The notes under the pieces: model-generated
Told to the model about the DNA's origin: nothing
The model's input: only the letters and a program-made list of their open reading frames with translations
The model's database searches: none
Program-made: the position numbers and the translations under genes
Assembly: GCF_006345805.1 (NCBI RefSeq)
Contig: NC_043008.1
Span: 38,316,001-38,380,000, forward strand
Direction of reading: 5' to 3'
From: Octopus sinensis
Lineage: Eukaryota
DNA: 64,000 nucleotides
Part shown: positions 41,900 through 56,410 of the stretch, piece by piece
Position numbering within the stretch: the stretch's first letter is position 1
Layout of the letters: every line of letters starts with the position of its first letter

Positions 41900-42390
41900 A
41901 TCATCATCATCATCATCATCATTTAGCGTCCGTTTTCCATGCTAGCATGGGTTGGACGGTTCAACTGGGGTCTGGGGAGCCCGAAGGCTGCACCAGGCCA
42001 GTCAGATCTGGCAGTGTTTCTACAGCTGGATGCCCTTCCTAACGCCAACCACTCCGAGAGTGTAGTGGGTGATTTTATGTGCCACCGACACAGGTGCCAG
42101 ACGAGGCTGGCGAACGGCCACGCTCGGATGGTGTTTTTATGTGCCACCGACACAGGTGCCAGACGAGGTTGGCAGACGGCCACGCTCGGATGGTGTTTTT
42201 ATGTGCCACCGACACAGGTGCCAGATGAGGCTGGTGGACGGCCACGATCGGATGGTGTTTGTTACGTCCCCAAAGCACGGAGGTCAGTCTATGCGGTACT
42301 GGCTACGGCCACGTTCGGATGATTTTCTTGTGTGCCACCGGCACTGGTACCACAAAGATACAAATTCCATTGATGTTCATCTATTTTATA
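41900..42390 (-). mobile_element. SINE family B carrying a 62-bp tandem array (three near-identical plus two divergent units)
   Basis: gccaccgacacaggtgccaga at 42081, 42143 and 42205. Confidence 0.9.
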
Positions 42391-42489
42391 CACCATAATA
42401 TATATATATAAGCATACCATAATATATATATAAGACCCTGTTATTACTGTAGTAACTGTGTGCTGTGTGTGTGTATATTAATAAAAATA

Positions 42490-42742
42490 ATATAAATACA
42501 CCCTTTTAAAACCTAGCCAGGCTCATGGGCCCGCTTTCTCGGTTTCAATGGCATATGTGTTCCCCAGCTAGACGGGACACCAGTCCATCGCAGCGTTACT
42601 CATTTTTGCCAGCTGAGTGGACTGGAGCAATGTGAAATGAAGTGTTTTGCTCAAAAACACATGTCGCCCGGTCCAGGAATCGAAACCACAATCTTACGAT
42701 CATGATGCTGACACCCTAACCACTAAGCCACATGCCTCCACG
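42490..42742 (-). mobile_element. Chimeric SINE: family E head and centre plus family D tail
   Basis: Head matches 13683 and 11270; tail (gtccatcgcag, gctcatgggccc) matches 27415 and 32438. Confidence 0.8.
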
Positions 42743-43543
42743 TGTATATTAATAGTAATTATGATTTGGAACTCACTACCAGGAAAGCAAAGCTGGCATA
42801 TTCCTCAGAATTTTCATTCTATATTCAGAACAATTTAAAGTTCGATGTTCTTCCCTTGCTACAATTCTCCTAATGATGAAATGCGAAGTTGATCTTCACT
42901 ACATTTTAATTTGTTTACATTATTTAAATTTGTTTGAAACTAACAAAAGATCAACTTTACATTTCCTCATTGTGTCAGAGTTAATAAACTGTTCGCAAGT
43001 ATTGTAATTTCTAACGCTGGCCCAAGGCCACAAATTTGTTGAAGGGACAATCAATTGAATTAAACTCAGAATATTACCATTGAAATTTTTACCTTTTTAT
43101 CAAAACTTTTTATGTTTTACAAAAACACAAAATTCTGAACAGTTTGATCTTTGTCCTCATGTGCCATATTTATGTATCTGTTCTCAGCTGGGAATTTAAC
43201 TCACAAATCTTATTTTCACTCTCATCAACAGTCTTATCTACAACATCACGATCCCACAGGACAGTTATATGTAAATTTATCTTCTATTTAAACTCTTTTC
43301 TCTGTAATGGTAACCATTTTAAAGTTGAACTTTGTACTTGGCTTGCTGATTAGATTCCGTGTTTTATCTTTGGTAGCTTCCGCTGTAGTTCTTAGTAAAT
43401 AATGAAAGAACTATGGTAGGAAATTTATTCCCAAAGTGCTATTTGATTTACATCACCCGGCATCGTCTGTGTTGGCAACATCAGCAGCAGTGGTACTGGT
43501 GATCTTACTGCTGTTGTCATCGTCATCATCATCATCATCATCA

Positions 43544-43594
<51 letters not shown>

Positions 43595-44986
43595 CCATCA
43601 TCATTATCATGTCCATCATCATTATCATCATCATTGTCATCATCATCGATATTTTTATGTCTACTTTTCAATGCTTGCATGAGTCGGATGGAATTAACTG
43701 AGGCGGATTTTCCACAACCGGATGCCCTTCCTGTCACCCACCCCAGTCTCTTTTATATAGACAAGGTCGTGTCTATCCATGGCCAAACATGTTTTCATAA
43801 AAGGTTGAGAATGAAGAACATTGCATCTGTGTTGATGATCCCTGTTTACAACTGCTGCATAGTGTCAACACACATGTACACATGCATTCACATACTCACA
43901 TACATACATTCATACATACCCACACACATACATACATACACACATGCATGCATGCATGCATACATATATATATGTACACATACATATATACACACGCATG
44001 AATATATATACATACATACATACACACACATACATGCATGCATACTTACAGACATGAAATGATATATGTGTATGTATATATGTGTGTGTATGCATGTGTA
44101 CATATGTAAATATATATATATGTATTTATAAAGATATATGTGTGTATGTGCTTGTCTATCTATCTATCTAGCTCTCTATTTATCTATCTATTTATCTATC
44201 TGTGCGTGTGTGTGCATGCATGTGTGTGTGTACGTGTGTTGAACATGTTTCAGTTTCTGTCTATCACATCCACATCCACTCGCAAAGCATTGGTCAGCCT
44301 GAAGCTATAGCAGAGACACTTGCCTAAGGTACCACTGAATTGAACTGAACCTAAAACAATTATGTTATAAACTTTTTTATGCCAGTTCCGGTTGAACTCT
44401 GTTCTTGCTTTGTTGATTAAATTCCATGTTTTTTATCTTCTGTAGCTTCCACTGTAATGCTTTCGAAGCCTTGCAGAAACCATAGCAGGAAACTTATTCC
44501 CAGAACGGGATTTAATTCCAGTTATCATGCAATAAGCTGACAGAGTTATTGGAGCATCTACACATTCTGTGTTCAAATTACACTAAAATCAACATTGGCA
44601 TTCATGTCACTGGGGTCATCAAATAAAGCATGACTACAGGATAGTGGACTGGTGGAGCTGTTAGAGGGGCATGTGAGATGCTTTATGGTACCTGATCTGG
44701 TCCTGTGCATAATCTGAGTTCAAATCTCACCTTATGTTGTCATCATCATTTTCGTTGTTTTCCTTTTAATATTTGCATTTTTATTTTCTCTATTGCTAGA
44801 TGCCCCTTTTTTCTGTTTGATACCTGTTTCCAAGTAAGTTGATATTGCCGCTTGGCTGGACATATATTTATGGAAGAATAAAACTGAAGGACACCACTTG
44901 TATGACGATGAGACTCATTTACAGCAGCTGTATGAAATTCATTTTCACTCAAAAAGGTAAAACCAGCTCACACACACAAGTACACA

Positions 44987-45030
<44 letters not shown>

Positions 45031-45099
45031 AACACACATATATAGATATAGATATATACATATATAAATACACGCATAAAAATATATCTATATAAACAT

Positions 45100-45136
<37 letters not shown>

Positions 45137-47007
45137 CACATATATATATACTAGTGTGTGTATATACACATGATGGAGTCCCTTTATTTTCCATCACCAA
45201 AATCCTCTCACAAGGATTTGGTCACCCCAGTGTTATATAAGACACTAGGCCAAGGTGCAATGCATTGAGACTGAACCTGCAACCAAATGATTAAGAAGGA
45301 AGTTTCTTAACCTCACAGCCATATTTGTATCTAACTGGTGATATTTCTGTTAGGTCTTGTGACCTACACATAACATCAATCATGGGAAACCACTGAAGAA
45401 CTGGTTTCCTAGGTTTGATCAGAATTTTAATTGACCCCACTTTCCATTCCATACCATTCATTTTCTGCATTTCCTGACCTTGTTTCCTTACATAATATAA
45501 CTTTTCAATTTTCTATTTCTAAACTTTAGGGTTTCATATCGACTCCGTTGTGTTAAGCCCTGTCATTGTGTTCATGTTGGATTTAAGGATCACAATATTG
45601 TTGTTGTTGATAACGTAAATGACAATGGATCTGATGTTGCTTAAAGGACATTCTAGGCATTCTGGATATTCTGTGAAGGTAGCTATGTTGCTAAGGATGT
45701 GCGAACAATGTTGATAGCGTTGCTGCTATAGAAATACTATTGTTGTTGTTGTTAACGTATGTTGATAACAACAATGCTGTAGTAGTGTAGCTGTGAAACT
45801 GGAAACAACCAATAATATATGATCAATATAGATGATACCTAGATGGTACACACATCAATGAATCACATCAATACATCATGTCAATGTATCACTCATTAAC
45901 TGTCGAAGAAATTTCATAGAAATAAAAGAACAAAACAAAAAATAATCAAAAATTTGAAAAAATAACACGAATGAGGAAATAAGATACAAGGTTCAAGTAT
46001 AAATAAATAATAAAATAAAACCTCTTTTGGATAAATCTTCCGTCAACATTCTCCAAGTTAATAAACTTACCAACTATCTGTTTAGACTTACTTAATTTTT
46101 ATTTTTTATTTTTATCTTCCTATGGGAAAATGAATAGGAATTAATCTAAAAGAGCTAAAAAGAGTACTTAATTCCTCAAAATGATGGATTGCTTGATCAA
46201 TGCTTTAAACATTAAAGATATACATATATGAATAAAACAAAACAAAAACTGAATTTTCTGTAATATAAACTAAATTCAAACTCCATTTCAATATATGTAA
46301 TATGGAATCTATCTTAGTTGAATGAAATTGTATTTTTCATTTTCTTTTTGTCATTTCTTCTTTTACATAAGCTATCTGTTATACAGAGAGTGTAATCTAT
46401 ATTTTAAGCTATCACATCAACCAAAAGACAAATCTTTCTTGGGAAATATAATATAATAACAGAAAGATAACAAATAAATAACTATATTGATAGTTTATAC
46501 AAAACCTAAGATATTATATGCATTTCTAAAGAAGTATAACTGCTACTGTATGTTTATACATGTGTATATGAAAGTGTATGAGTATGTGTGTGTGTATGTG
46601 CGTGTGTGCGGGTGTATGTGTTTGTGAGTATGCGAGTGCATTATGTAGTATGTGATAATACTGAGTAGAGATTGGTCATGTTATAATAATAATATCAAAA
46701 TATATCAAAATAATATCAAAATATATACACATACGTACAAGTGTTTCCATCAGGACATAAATATGCATATATATTATATACATTTCTGTGTGTGACATTA
46801 TATGTATGCATCTAAAATTTATACATACTTATATCTGTGTAATCACACACACACATGCATGCATACATGCACACACACACACACAAACACACTCATGTGG
46901 ACATAGAATGAGTCATTTATGCAGGTGTATATATGTATATATAAGTATATGCATATATGTATGTGTGTTTGCATGTATAAGAACAGAAAACTATATACAT
47001 GCCTAAA

Positions 47008-47038
<31 letters not shown>

Positions 47039-47040
47039 TC

Positions 47041-47445
47041 TCTTTTTCTCTCTTTTATTTGTTTCAGTCATTTGACTGTGGCCATGCTGGAGCACCACCT
47101 TAGTCGAGCAAATCAACCCCAGGATTTATTCTTTGTAAGCTTGGTACTTATTTAATCGGTCTCTTTTGTCGAACCGCTAAGTTATGGGGACGTAAACACA
47201 CCACCATTGGTCATCAAGCATTGTTGGGAGGACAAGCACAGACATACAAACATATACACACACAAACATATACATATATACGACAAGCTTCTTTCAGTTT
47301 CTGTCTACCAAATCCACTCACAAGGCTTTGGTTAGCCCGAGGCTATAGTAGAAGACACTTGCCCAAGGTGCCATGCAGCAGGAATGAACCCGGAACCATG
47401 TGGTTGGTAAGCAAGCTACTTACCACACAGCCACTCCTGCGCCTA
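47041..47445 (-). mobile_element. SINE family A, full length
   Basis: Minus strand: ggcgcaggagtggctgtgtggtaag...gggttcattcc...ggcaccttgggcaagtgtcttc. Confidence 0.9.
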
Positions 47446-48320
47446 TATAACTAGTAAAACTGAAATTCTGGTGTTACAGTTTTAGCTACAGAATAGATTT
47501 TTAAGCATTGAAATCAGCAACTGCAAAACATGCCAACCACTGCACACATCACCAACCAAATTGCAGAATATGATGTCAGCACCGCACAATATGACTGAAG
47601 TACCACTTCATAATATTATAATACTACATGGGCACAAGGCAGCATAGCATCATCACCTTCCAACATGCCAATAACCACACTATATAAACCAAGACACAAT
47701 ATGAACAAAAAATTCATAGTGCTAGGTAGCTGCATGTTATTTATTTCAAAGAATCATTCGGTTTATTAAAGCTCTGCACCAATTACATACCATATTAACT
47801 TTAGAATTGCATGAGAACCATATTCGGTTTGGACTTTGCATAGAAATTACTGCATAAATTATAGATGCAATTTCTTCCAAAAGTATTTCAGTACTTGTCA
47901 GTGAAATTATATTTTACTACTCATGCGAGTATATGTCATACTAATCGTAACCTACACCCCCCCCCACACACACACGGACATATACACACACAAAAAAGCA
48001 ACACAAACTGTACCAACATATTTTACATATGGCATTCTGTAGATATGTACAACTGTATATTGATTTCTTGAATTACAATTCACCAGCCAAAAAAAAAAAA
48101 AAAGCTACAATAGCAATTTATTCCAATGTTAATGAGATTTGAGATTGAGAATATTAAAAATCATTTTTCCTCAAAATAAATAAAAATGAAACGTGAAATT
48201 TCTTACTCGAATTTATAAATTAATTTGGATCATAGATTATTTGTGCCATCTATCATGCTGTACATAAACATATGTGTGTGCGCACGTGTGTGTGTGTGTG
48301 TGTGCATGTATGCATATGTA

Positions 48321-48362
<42 letters not shown>

Positions 48363-49204
48363 CACGCACATGTATATACAGATGGCTAGATAGAAAGATA
48401 GATAGATATGTCTGTATATAAAATATACATATATATTTACATATACATATATATATATATATACATACACACACACATATATATATATATGCATACACAT
48501 ACTTACATATATATATATACACACACATACATATATATATGTGTGTGTGTGTATATATATATGCACACACATATGCATATACATAAACATATGTATGTAT
48601 ACGTTTTGCATTAGGAGAAAAATCAATAATTCATATTAGAAATTCTTTTATTATGCAAAGGTTAGAAATGAAATTTCACAATATTAAACATATTATGACA
48701 AAGATTTTGCTCTTCTCACTTCTGCTGGTTGGTATAACTTTATATTGATGTTTTCCTTTTGTGACTGGAACTCCCTTTATTTTTGACACTTTTAATATCA
48801 ATCTGATTCGCCTAAACTGTACAAACAATTTGAGATCACATGTAAAGCTTCTAATCCTGCCAATTAACAGAAATCTCTCTCTCCCTCTCCCCCTTCTACT
48901 TTCACTTTCATACATCCATATCGATATATATATGTATATAATGTAGTATGATATATATATATATATATATACATGTAATTTTTTGGACAAATGGGCATAT
49001 GTCAGTTAGTGTGTTGAATAAAGCACATTCACATGCATGTTAATATCAAGAACATGCAGAAAGAAGAGGATGCCACACTAAATATATTGAGATGTCCTAG
49101 GCATGTTGCTCATGTAGGATATCTCAGTTTATTTAGCAGGACATCGCCACACAATTAGATGCCCAAAATACTACCCATAACGGACAGTTGCAGGATGAGT
49201 CAGA

Positions 49205-49705
49205 ATGATCATCTTGGACAAGTGTCTTCTACTATGGCCTTAGGCTGACCAAAGCCTCATGAGTGGATTTGGTTGATGGAAACTGAAAGAAGCTATCATA
49301 TATATTCATATATACATGTGTTTATATTCATATATATTCATATATACAGTGTGTATATTTGTGTGTGTATATGGGTGTGTGAGAATTTGTGCCTGTGGTT
49401 GTACTCTACTCCACTGCTTGACAATCGGTGTTGGCATGTTTATGTCCCTGTAACTTAGCTCTTTGGCAAAAGAGACCAATAGGATAAGTATCAATTTTTC
49501 AAAGAATAAATAGATATAGGGACTGATTCATTCGACTAAAAATGTCTCAAGGTAGTATATATATTTCTTTTATTCTTTTATTCTTTTACTTATTTCAGTC
49601 ATTTGATTGCAGCCATGCTGGAGCCCTGATTTTAGTCAAGCAAATTGATCCCAGGACTTATTATTTGTAAGCCTAGTACTTATTCTATTGGTCTCTCTTC
49701 CTGAA
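49205..49705. mobile_element. Tail-to-tail family A SINEs (+ about 49205-49550; - about 49580-49705)
   Basis: Both segments match the family A consensus. Confidence 0.75.
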
Positions 49706-49770
49706 CCATCAGCATATAATTCGAAGTGCAAATGGAATGTGAATCTGGTAACTTTTGAAGCATCTTACAT

Positions 49771-49873
49771 CACCTGATGAGGATCTTTTGCACTATGCGT
49801 TGTATCTGATGTCATTACATCATGCCACACCCACTAAGGAGTAGTGCAGAATGAACCGAAAACAATTGTTGTG
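49771..49873 (+). ncRNA. Minimal type I hammerhead ribozyme-like motif with a long stem II
   Basis: CAC-CTGATGA-GGATCTTTTGCACTA...TAGTGCAGAATGAACC-GAAA(A)C-AATT-GTT-GTG; one extra A in the GAAA run. Confidence 0.6.
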
Positions 49874-49916
49874 CTAATAAATGCTCCTAGTTACATTCCG
49901 TCTTCCATTTTAACCA

Positions 49917-49958
<42 letters not shown>

Positions 49959-50674
49959 GCATCCATGCATAAACATACACACTTACAAAGAGTAAGAGAA
50001 AGAGAAAAATGGACATATTCATATCCATATATATATGAATATATATGTTCATACATATATGCACACACACATATATACATATACCTGTACATATAAATTT
50101 TTACATATATATATTTATATATAAATATACACACACATGTAAGTATTTTAAGTACACATATACACACACGCATATATATATATATCATGATCACCATCAT
50201 TTAATGTCTGTCTTCCATGCTAGCATGGGTAGCAGTTTCACAAGAACCAGCCAGGCAAAAGCCTGCACCAGATTTCTGTGACTGTTTCAGCCTGATTTTT
50301 ACAGCTGGATGCCCTTCTTAACACCAACCACTCAGCAGAGTGGACTTAGTGCCTTTCATGCGGCACAAGCACAGCATGGTACACTCCTGTCACAACCTGT
50401 GACCTTGAAGACTGCTTTAATGCAAGAAAGTATACTAGTCCCTTAATATTTGATATTCAATATTTCATCTATTCAATAAGACAATCAATACTTCATTTCA
50501 TTTTACTATATATACTATTTATACAATATATTCTGTACTCTACATTAATATAATAAAGTATATAAATAAAACATAAAAAACAGACAGAGTTGGAATTTCT
50601 TTGAATAATATATATCCCCCTATACACAATCATACCAACCCCTTTTTATTTATATATATATATCTATATATCTA

Positions 50675-50719
<45 letters not shown>

Positions 50720-51303
50720 ACACACACACATATACATGTATACAAATATATACTTATATATGTGCCTGTATGCATGTATATATTCAAAAATGCAATATGT
50801 AATACAGATAAAATTATATATTCATATATGTGGCTGAAAGAAGATAAAAACACAAGCATACAGATGCATAAAATGGAAACAAACTGCCCTTATAATTAAG
50901 CATTCCACCACAATTATAATAATTTCAAAATCAGCCAACTTTGAAATATTTTATCTTTTGGCAAGATAAGCAGAGAATAAGTTATGAGTTTGGTTTTTTA
51001 ATTTGTGATTCTTTTTAAAGCAATTTTTTTTTAAAGATAATATCACAAAATCACCAATATCATATTGAACACCAATCGATAAAACTACAAGACATACATA
51101 CAGAAATATAGTTCAAACTCTTTAAAGTATTATTTGAACTTGAAATTAACTCAATGACCTTTCAATAAATATTTTAATATATATTGTGATAAAATTTATT
51201 CTTTTATTTTTCTTTTCTCTTTTTCTCACTTTGTGATAAATAATAGCAATTAGAAAAGGCAATTAATAACCTTTGAGGTACTTATATACATACACACACA
51301 CAC

Positions 51304-51362
<59 letters not shown>

Positions 51363-51440
51363 ATGTATATGTATATATATATGCATATATATGTATATAT
51401 ATATATATACATATATATTTATACATATATGTGTGTGTAT

Positions 51441-51472
<32 letters not shown>

Positions 51473-52199
51473 AATAAACGCATACACACACATGTAGATA
51501 TAAAACAAAATTTATTATATGCTTTAAAAAGAAATTATCCTTTCCCCTCAGTTTGATCTCTGACCTTCTCAAGTAATAAATATATAGATATATATATCAT
51601 ATATGTATCCTATATGTATGCATATATGATATCATATATGTACGCATATAAATGCTTATACACACGCACTTATGTATGCTCATACATATGTTCAGCAATA
51701 ATGACCTTTGTTCATAAGGAATTGAACTAATTAACTTCTATCTATATGCCATTATCCATAGCATGCCTCATTGCATCATCAATAATATGAAACGGCTTCA
51801 TGCATAATTCATGTCTAGAAGGGCTGAAGTTATAGACTTTGTGCAGAAGGTGGAAAACTAAGCCACATGCTTTGTGCATATATATTTGGACCTCTAAAAC
51901 TTTTTCACTTCAAATCCAGTTAAGTTATTATAGGTCATACATATTTGGGGGAAAATTAGCACAGTCATTAGAGAGTTGGAGATAATGTCTCAATGTTTAT
52001 TCTCTCTCTCTCTCTGCAGTTCAATTCTTAGTTCAATTCCAGCCAAGGTCAAGTTTACCTTTCATATATTCCTCATCAATGAGAATACATTAATCCAGTG
52101 TAGTGGAATTCCTTGCAGAATTTGTTGTATTTCTTTGTATTCTGAGTTCAAGTCCCAAATCCCATCGTGGTTTACTTATGCTGGGGTGGAATTGGCTTA

Positions 52200-52622
52200 A
52201 ACCTAGGCGACTAACTGGCAGAAACCTTAGCACGCTGGGCAAAATGCTTAGCAGTATTTTGTCTGCCGCTACATTCTGAGTTCAAATTCGGCCAAGGTCG
52301 ACTTTGCCTTTCATCCTTTCAGGGTCGATAAATTAAGTACCAGTTACGCACTGGGATCGATATAATCGACTTAATCCATTTGTCTGTCCTTGTTTGTCCT
52401 CTCTATGTTTAGCCCCTTGTGGGTAGTAAAGAAATAGGTATTTTGTCTGCCGCTACGTTCTGAGTTCAAATTCCGCTGAGTTTGACTTTGCCTTTCATCC
52501 TTTCAGGGTCAATAAATTTAGTACCAGTTTTGCACTGGAGTCGATCTAGCCAACTTAATCCCTTTGTCTGTTCTTGTTTGTCCCCTCTATGTTTAGCCCC
52601 TTGTGGGCAATAAAGAAATAGG
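52200..52622 (+). mobile_element. SINE family C with a tandemly duplicated 184-bp body
   Basis: gtattttgtctgccgctac at 52254 and 52438. Confidence 0.9.
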
Positions 52623-53074
52623 AATTGGCTTAGACCTGACCCATCACCAGATTTTAAACTCTAACACTTATTTGGTACTTTGGCTGCTTTTAGCAGGGTT
52701 GACTTTGTTGCAAGCATTTGGGTCAGCCTTACAATTTGAAAGCAACCTTCCTGTCCATCCCCTTTTTTCTCATAATCCCATTAAAGGGCCAATGACCTTG
52801 CCTTCTCTCCTGATTAAAAGAAATAATATAAAAATATAGCAAACTTTTTATGGCTTTCAAATAACTCAGGACATTTTCTTACAAAGCTTTCAACGAAAGA
52901 GTCACTTTTGTTTAAATCTGCAATTAATCTCACATCCTGAAAAATTGATTAGGCACATGAATTATCATCATTGCCATTATTATTGCCAGTTTCGTGATTA
53001 TTTTTGTCGTTGTCGTCATCGTCATTGTCAGCATTGACATCATCATCATTGTCATCAATATGGTTGTCATCCCT

Positions 53075-53106
<32 letters not shown>

Positions 53107-53544
53107 CATCATCACCGTTGACATCACTGTCATTGTCATCGTTGTCATCATCATCATCACCATCACCACCACCACCACCACCACCACCACCACCATCATC
53201 ATCATCATCCGCATCATCACTGTTTTAACATTCACTTTTCTATGCTTTTATGAATCACGCTGGATTTATTGGAGTAGATTTTTCTGTAGCCAGATATCTT
53301 CCTGTTGCTAATACTTTAGGTATTATTTCCTACAGGCTGAACATGTTTTCACTGAAGAATGGAAATGAGATACACAGCTGACAGTATAATCATTTAACTG
53401 AAATCAAAGCCTGTTGGTTATGTAAAAGACAAGTTAACTTCTTGGAGACTTCATTCTTATCTACTATGTTATGAATCTATCAGACTATTTTTTTGCATGG
53501 TCACAAGTATGAGATATTGGAGATGAAACAAGGAATTGAACACG

Positions 53545-54158
53545 AATTGGTTCTGTCTGAAACTATTATTGTATCCTAAACGTGACCTCAGTATATATAC
53601 ACGTACAAGATGATTGCTTCATCTTGACAGATGGTAGCTGTCCCAACAATACACACAGCACAAAAACCTCGTTGATGAGCCCTTTGGTGGCTTTTAAGAC
53701 CAGCTGCCGACTGACAGGGTTTCAAACACAAGTGACTGATATTATTCAAGTTTCTTCTATATCTTTGCCCTTTGGAATCTGATTCCGAAGGAATGTTTTT
53801 GTGAACTAACATAGGTCTTTTAAGTCCAGATATTGCCTTGCAAGTTTTGTGACATACGACACAAGTTGTAAGAGGCAGTTGGTGTCCAAGATCATTACTT
53901 ATCTGGGCATTAAGATTTTCATGTAACTTCATATGACCCACCCATTCTGCTTTTGACAACAGAATACTGTCACATATAATACATATCCAATGTTCACTGT
54001 TGATTACAGTTCCAATTGTTCCTTTGCAACAGGCCCTTTTAAGTGCAGAGTGCTGGGTGCTGAATCAACTTTTCCTCCTTGGCATTACAACCAGTCCTAA
54101 CAGCACCTTTCCAGTTGTTCCAATCTGGAACATCATTTTCCCAATCACTTTTGTTCAT
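53545..54158 (-). pseudogene. RTE-type LINE 3' end with three C2H2-like fingers
   Basis: DWENDVPDWNNWKGAVRTG...LKR, then CIICDSILLSKAEWVGHMKLH, CVVCHKTCKAISGLKRPMLVH and CLKPCQSAAGLKSHQRAH; one frameshift. Confidence 0.75.
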
Positions 54159-54524
54159 ATACATACATACACAAATACATATATATGTGTGTATGTATGT
54201 GTGTGTGTGCATGTATATATGTGTGTATATATATATATATATGTATAATTTAAAAATAGGATAAAATCTTTATAAGAAGTTATCAAGTAGTTAGCATGAA
54301 AAACCTCATAAGGGAAACATTTATTAATTATTCCCTTTAAATATATATATTCATATTAAGGGCATTACTATACATAAATGCTTCACACTAGGGGCGACTC
54401 TTAAGGTCAAACTACCATAATAAACATATTTATGTATGTATATATATATTTGTATATACGTATGTATTGTCTTGAAGTCATTTGGTTGAACAAATTGCCC
54501 CTTCTCCCTCCCTTAGAAGTTATC

Positions 54525-54790
54525 TCTAAGTCTGGTATTTATTGTATTGGTCTCTTTGGTCAAACTGCTAAAATTATCCAGCACTGATTGTCAAGTGGTA
54601 GTAAGGGGAAGACACAGCACAAACACACACAATGGGCTTCGTAGAGTTTTCATTTACCACATCCTCTCACAAGGCTTTGGTCAGCCCAGGGCTATAGTAA
54701 AAAAAAAAAATTTCCCAAGGGTGCCACAGGATGGGCTTGAACCCTAAAGCACATGGTTGCAAAACAAGCTCCTCAACCACACAGCCATTT
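54525..54790 (-). mobile_element. Decayed SINE family A
   Basis: Collinear with 47041. Confidence 0.7.
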
Positions 54791-55128
54791 AAGAATTAAA
54801 TGCCCGGTCCATTGACAAATGACAATAATTACAATAGAATACCTTGCATAACCTTTGGATAGCAATCCAATACTCTATCAACTTGGCTATCTGCAGACAT
54901 GCTCATAAATACTGATTATCGACATTTTGTAAAGTACCAAGCATAGATATCGTAACTGTCGCACAGAAAACTGGTAATTAGAAAGTCTTCAAGAGAATAA
55001 TATGCTCCCAGTTTTAACAGATAATGTGAATGGGTTCTTTTGTAACCTTTGCCCTGATAAATCTTTCCTAAATAAACAATGGCAGCAAGATAATTCCACA
55101 AAATGAAGCAGCTGATAAGCATTATATA

Positions 55129-55164
<36 letters not shown>

Positions 55165-55212
55165 ATGTGTATGCTTGGAATTTTTTAAATAACTATAAAA
55201 AATTTTACATGT

Positions 55213-55245
<33 letters not shown>

Positions 55246-55310
55246 CTATATATATATATGTGTATATATATGTACATATATATACATACCTTCTTATGTG
55301 TGTGTGTGTG

Positions 55311-55341
<31 letters not shown>

Positions 55342-55570
55342 GGAGAGGGAGAGAGTGAGATGCATGTATAAATATGAATTTTTTTATTTATTCTATCAAT
55401 AAAGAGTATAAAATATCCAAGGATCACCAAGAATTTCCCAACCATAAATCAATTAACTGTTAAACAAAATAGATTTTATGATATGAATATGTGTTTTAAA
55501 TATTAATAACAATATAAAAAAAGTAGCAACAGCAATAATAATAATAGCAATAATAATAATAATAATAATA

Positions 55571-55615
<45 letters not shown>

Positions 55616-56229
55616 TAATAATAATAATAAGGGTAAGGATAAAGATAAAGCCAAAATTACAATGTAACCTTCGGCAGACAGTGTTGCAGGCAGATAAGAA
55701 AAATGCAAACTGGTGGAAGTTTTGTAATTAGAATTGGATTGATAAAGTTTATGGTGATAAGCTTCTCTCTCCATTATTAGGAATCGATTGTCTTTAATGT
55801 TTTGAATTTCAGAATTGTTGGCAAAAATTGCTTTTGAATAAATCAATTGACTCCAAACTCTTTTAGAAGTTCTACTTTTGTGCCTTTGAAAATAAAAGTT
55901 GGTTGGTTATTTATGGGTGGGACATGTGTAACATAAAACAGTGAGTGGTACCACATGATGGTTAATTCATGTGGGATGTTCAAAAATGTTTATCATAAAT
56001 CTATAACTTTGTTAACTCTGAAACAATCAGTCATTAACATATGATTATGGGCTAAGGAGGGAAAGAATGAAAGGAGAAAGAAATATAAACACAAAACACA
56101 AAAAACATAAAAGACCCGTGAAAGGGGGAACAAAAAATTGTTATGAATTACTAATCATGTTTTCATGACTTATCAAAGAATAGTCCAATATTGTGGTTAG
56201 TCCATAAATGAGAGACTACAAACATGCAG

Positions 56230-56362
56230 ACAATCAAGGAACTGTGGGTGTATGTGTGTATGTATGAGTCAGTGTGTGTGTCTGTATATATATATTCATA
56301 TATATATGTATGCATGTATATATATATGTATATATATGTATGTATATGTATATATATGTACA

Positions 56363-56410
<48 letters not shown>

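Noticed and set aside
42066-42350. Regular 62-bp repeats that look CRISPR-like
   Set aside because: The units are contiguous with no unique spacers, lie inside a eukaryotic SINE, and there are no cas genes.
54990-55100. FFCNLCPDKSF zinc-finger-like peptide on the plus strand
   Set aside because: The His ligands are missing and stops flank it; too weak to call.
55496-55846. 116-aa minus-strand ORF
   Set aside because: About half is a (TTA)n translation; the rest has a weak donor and no motif.
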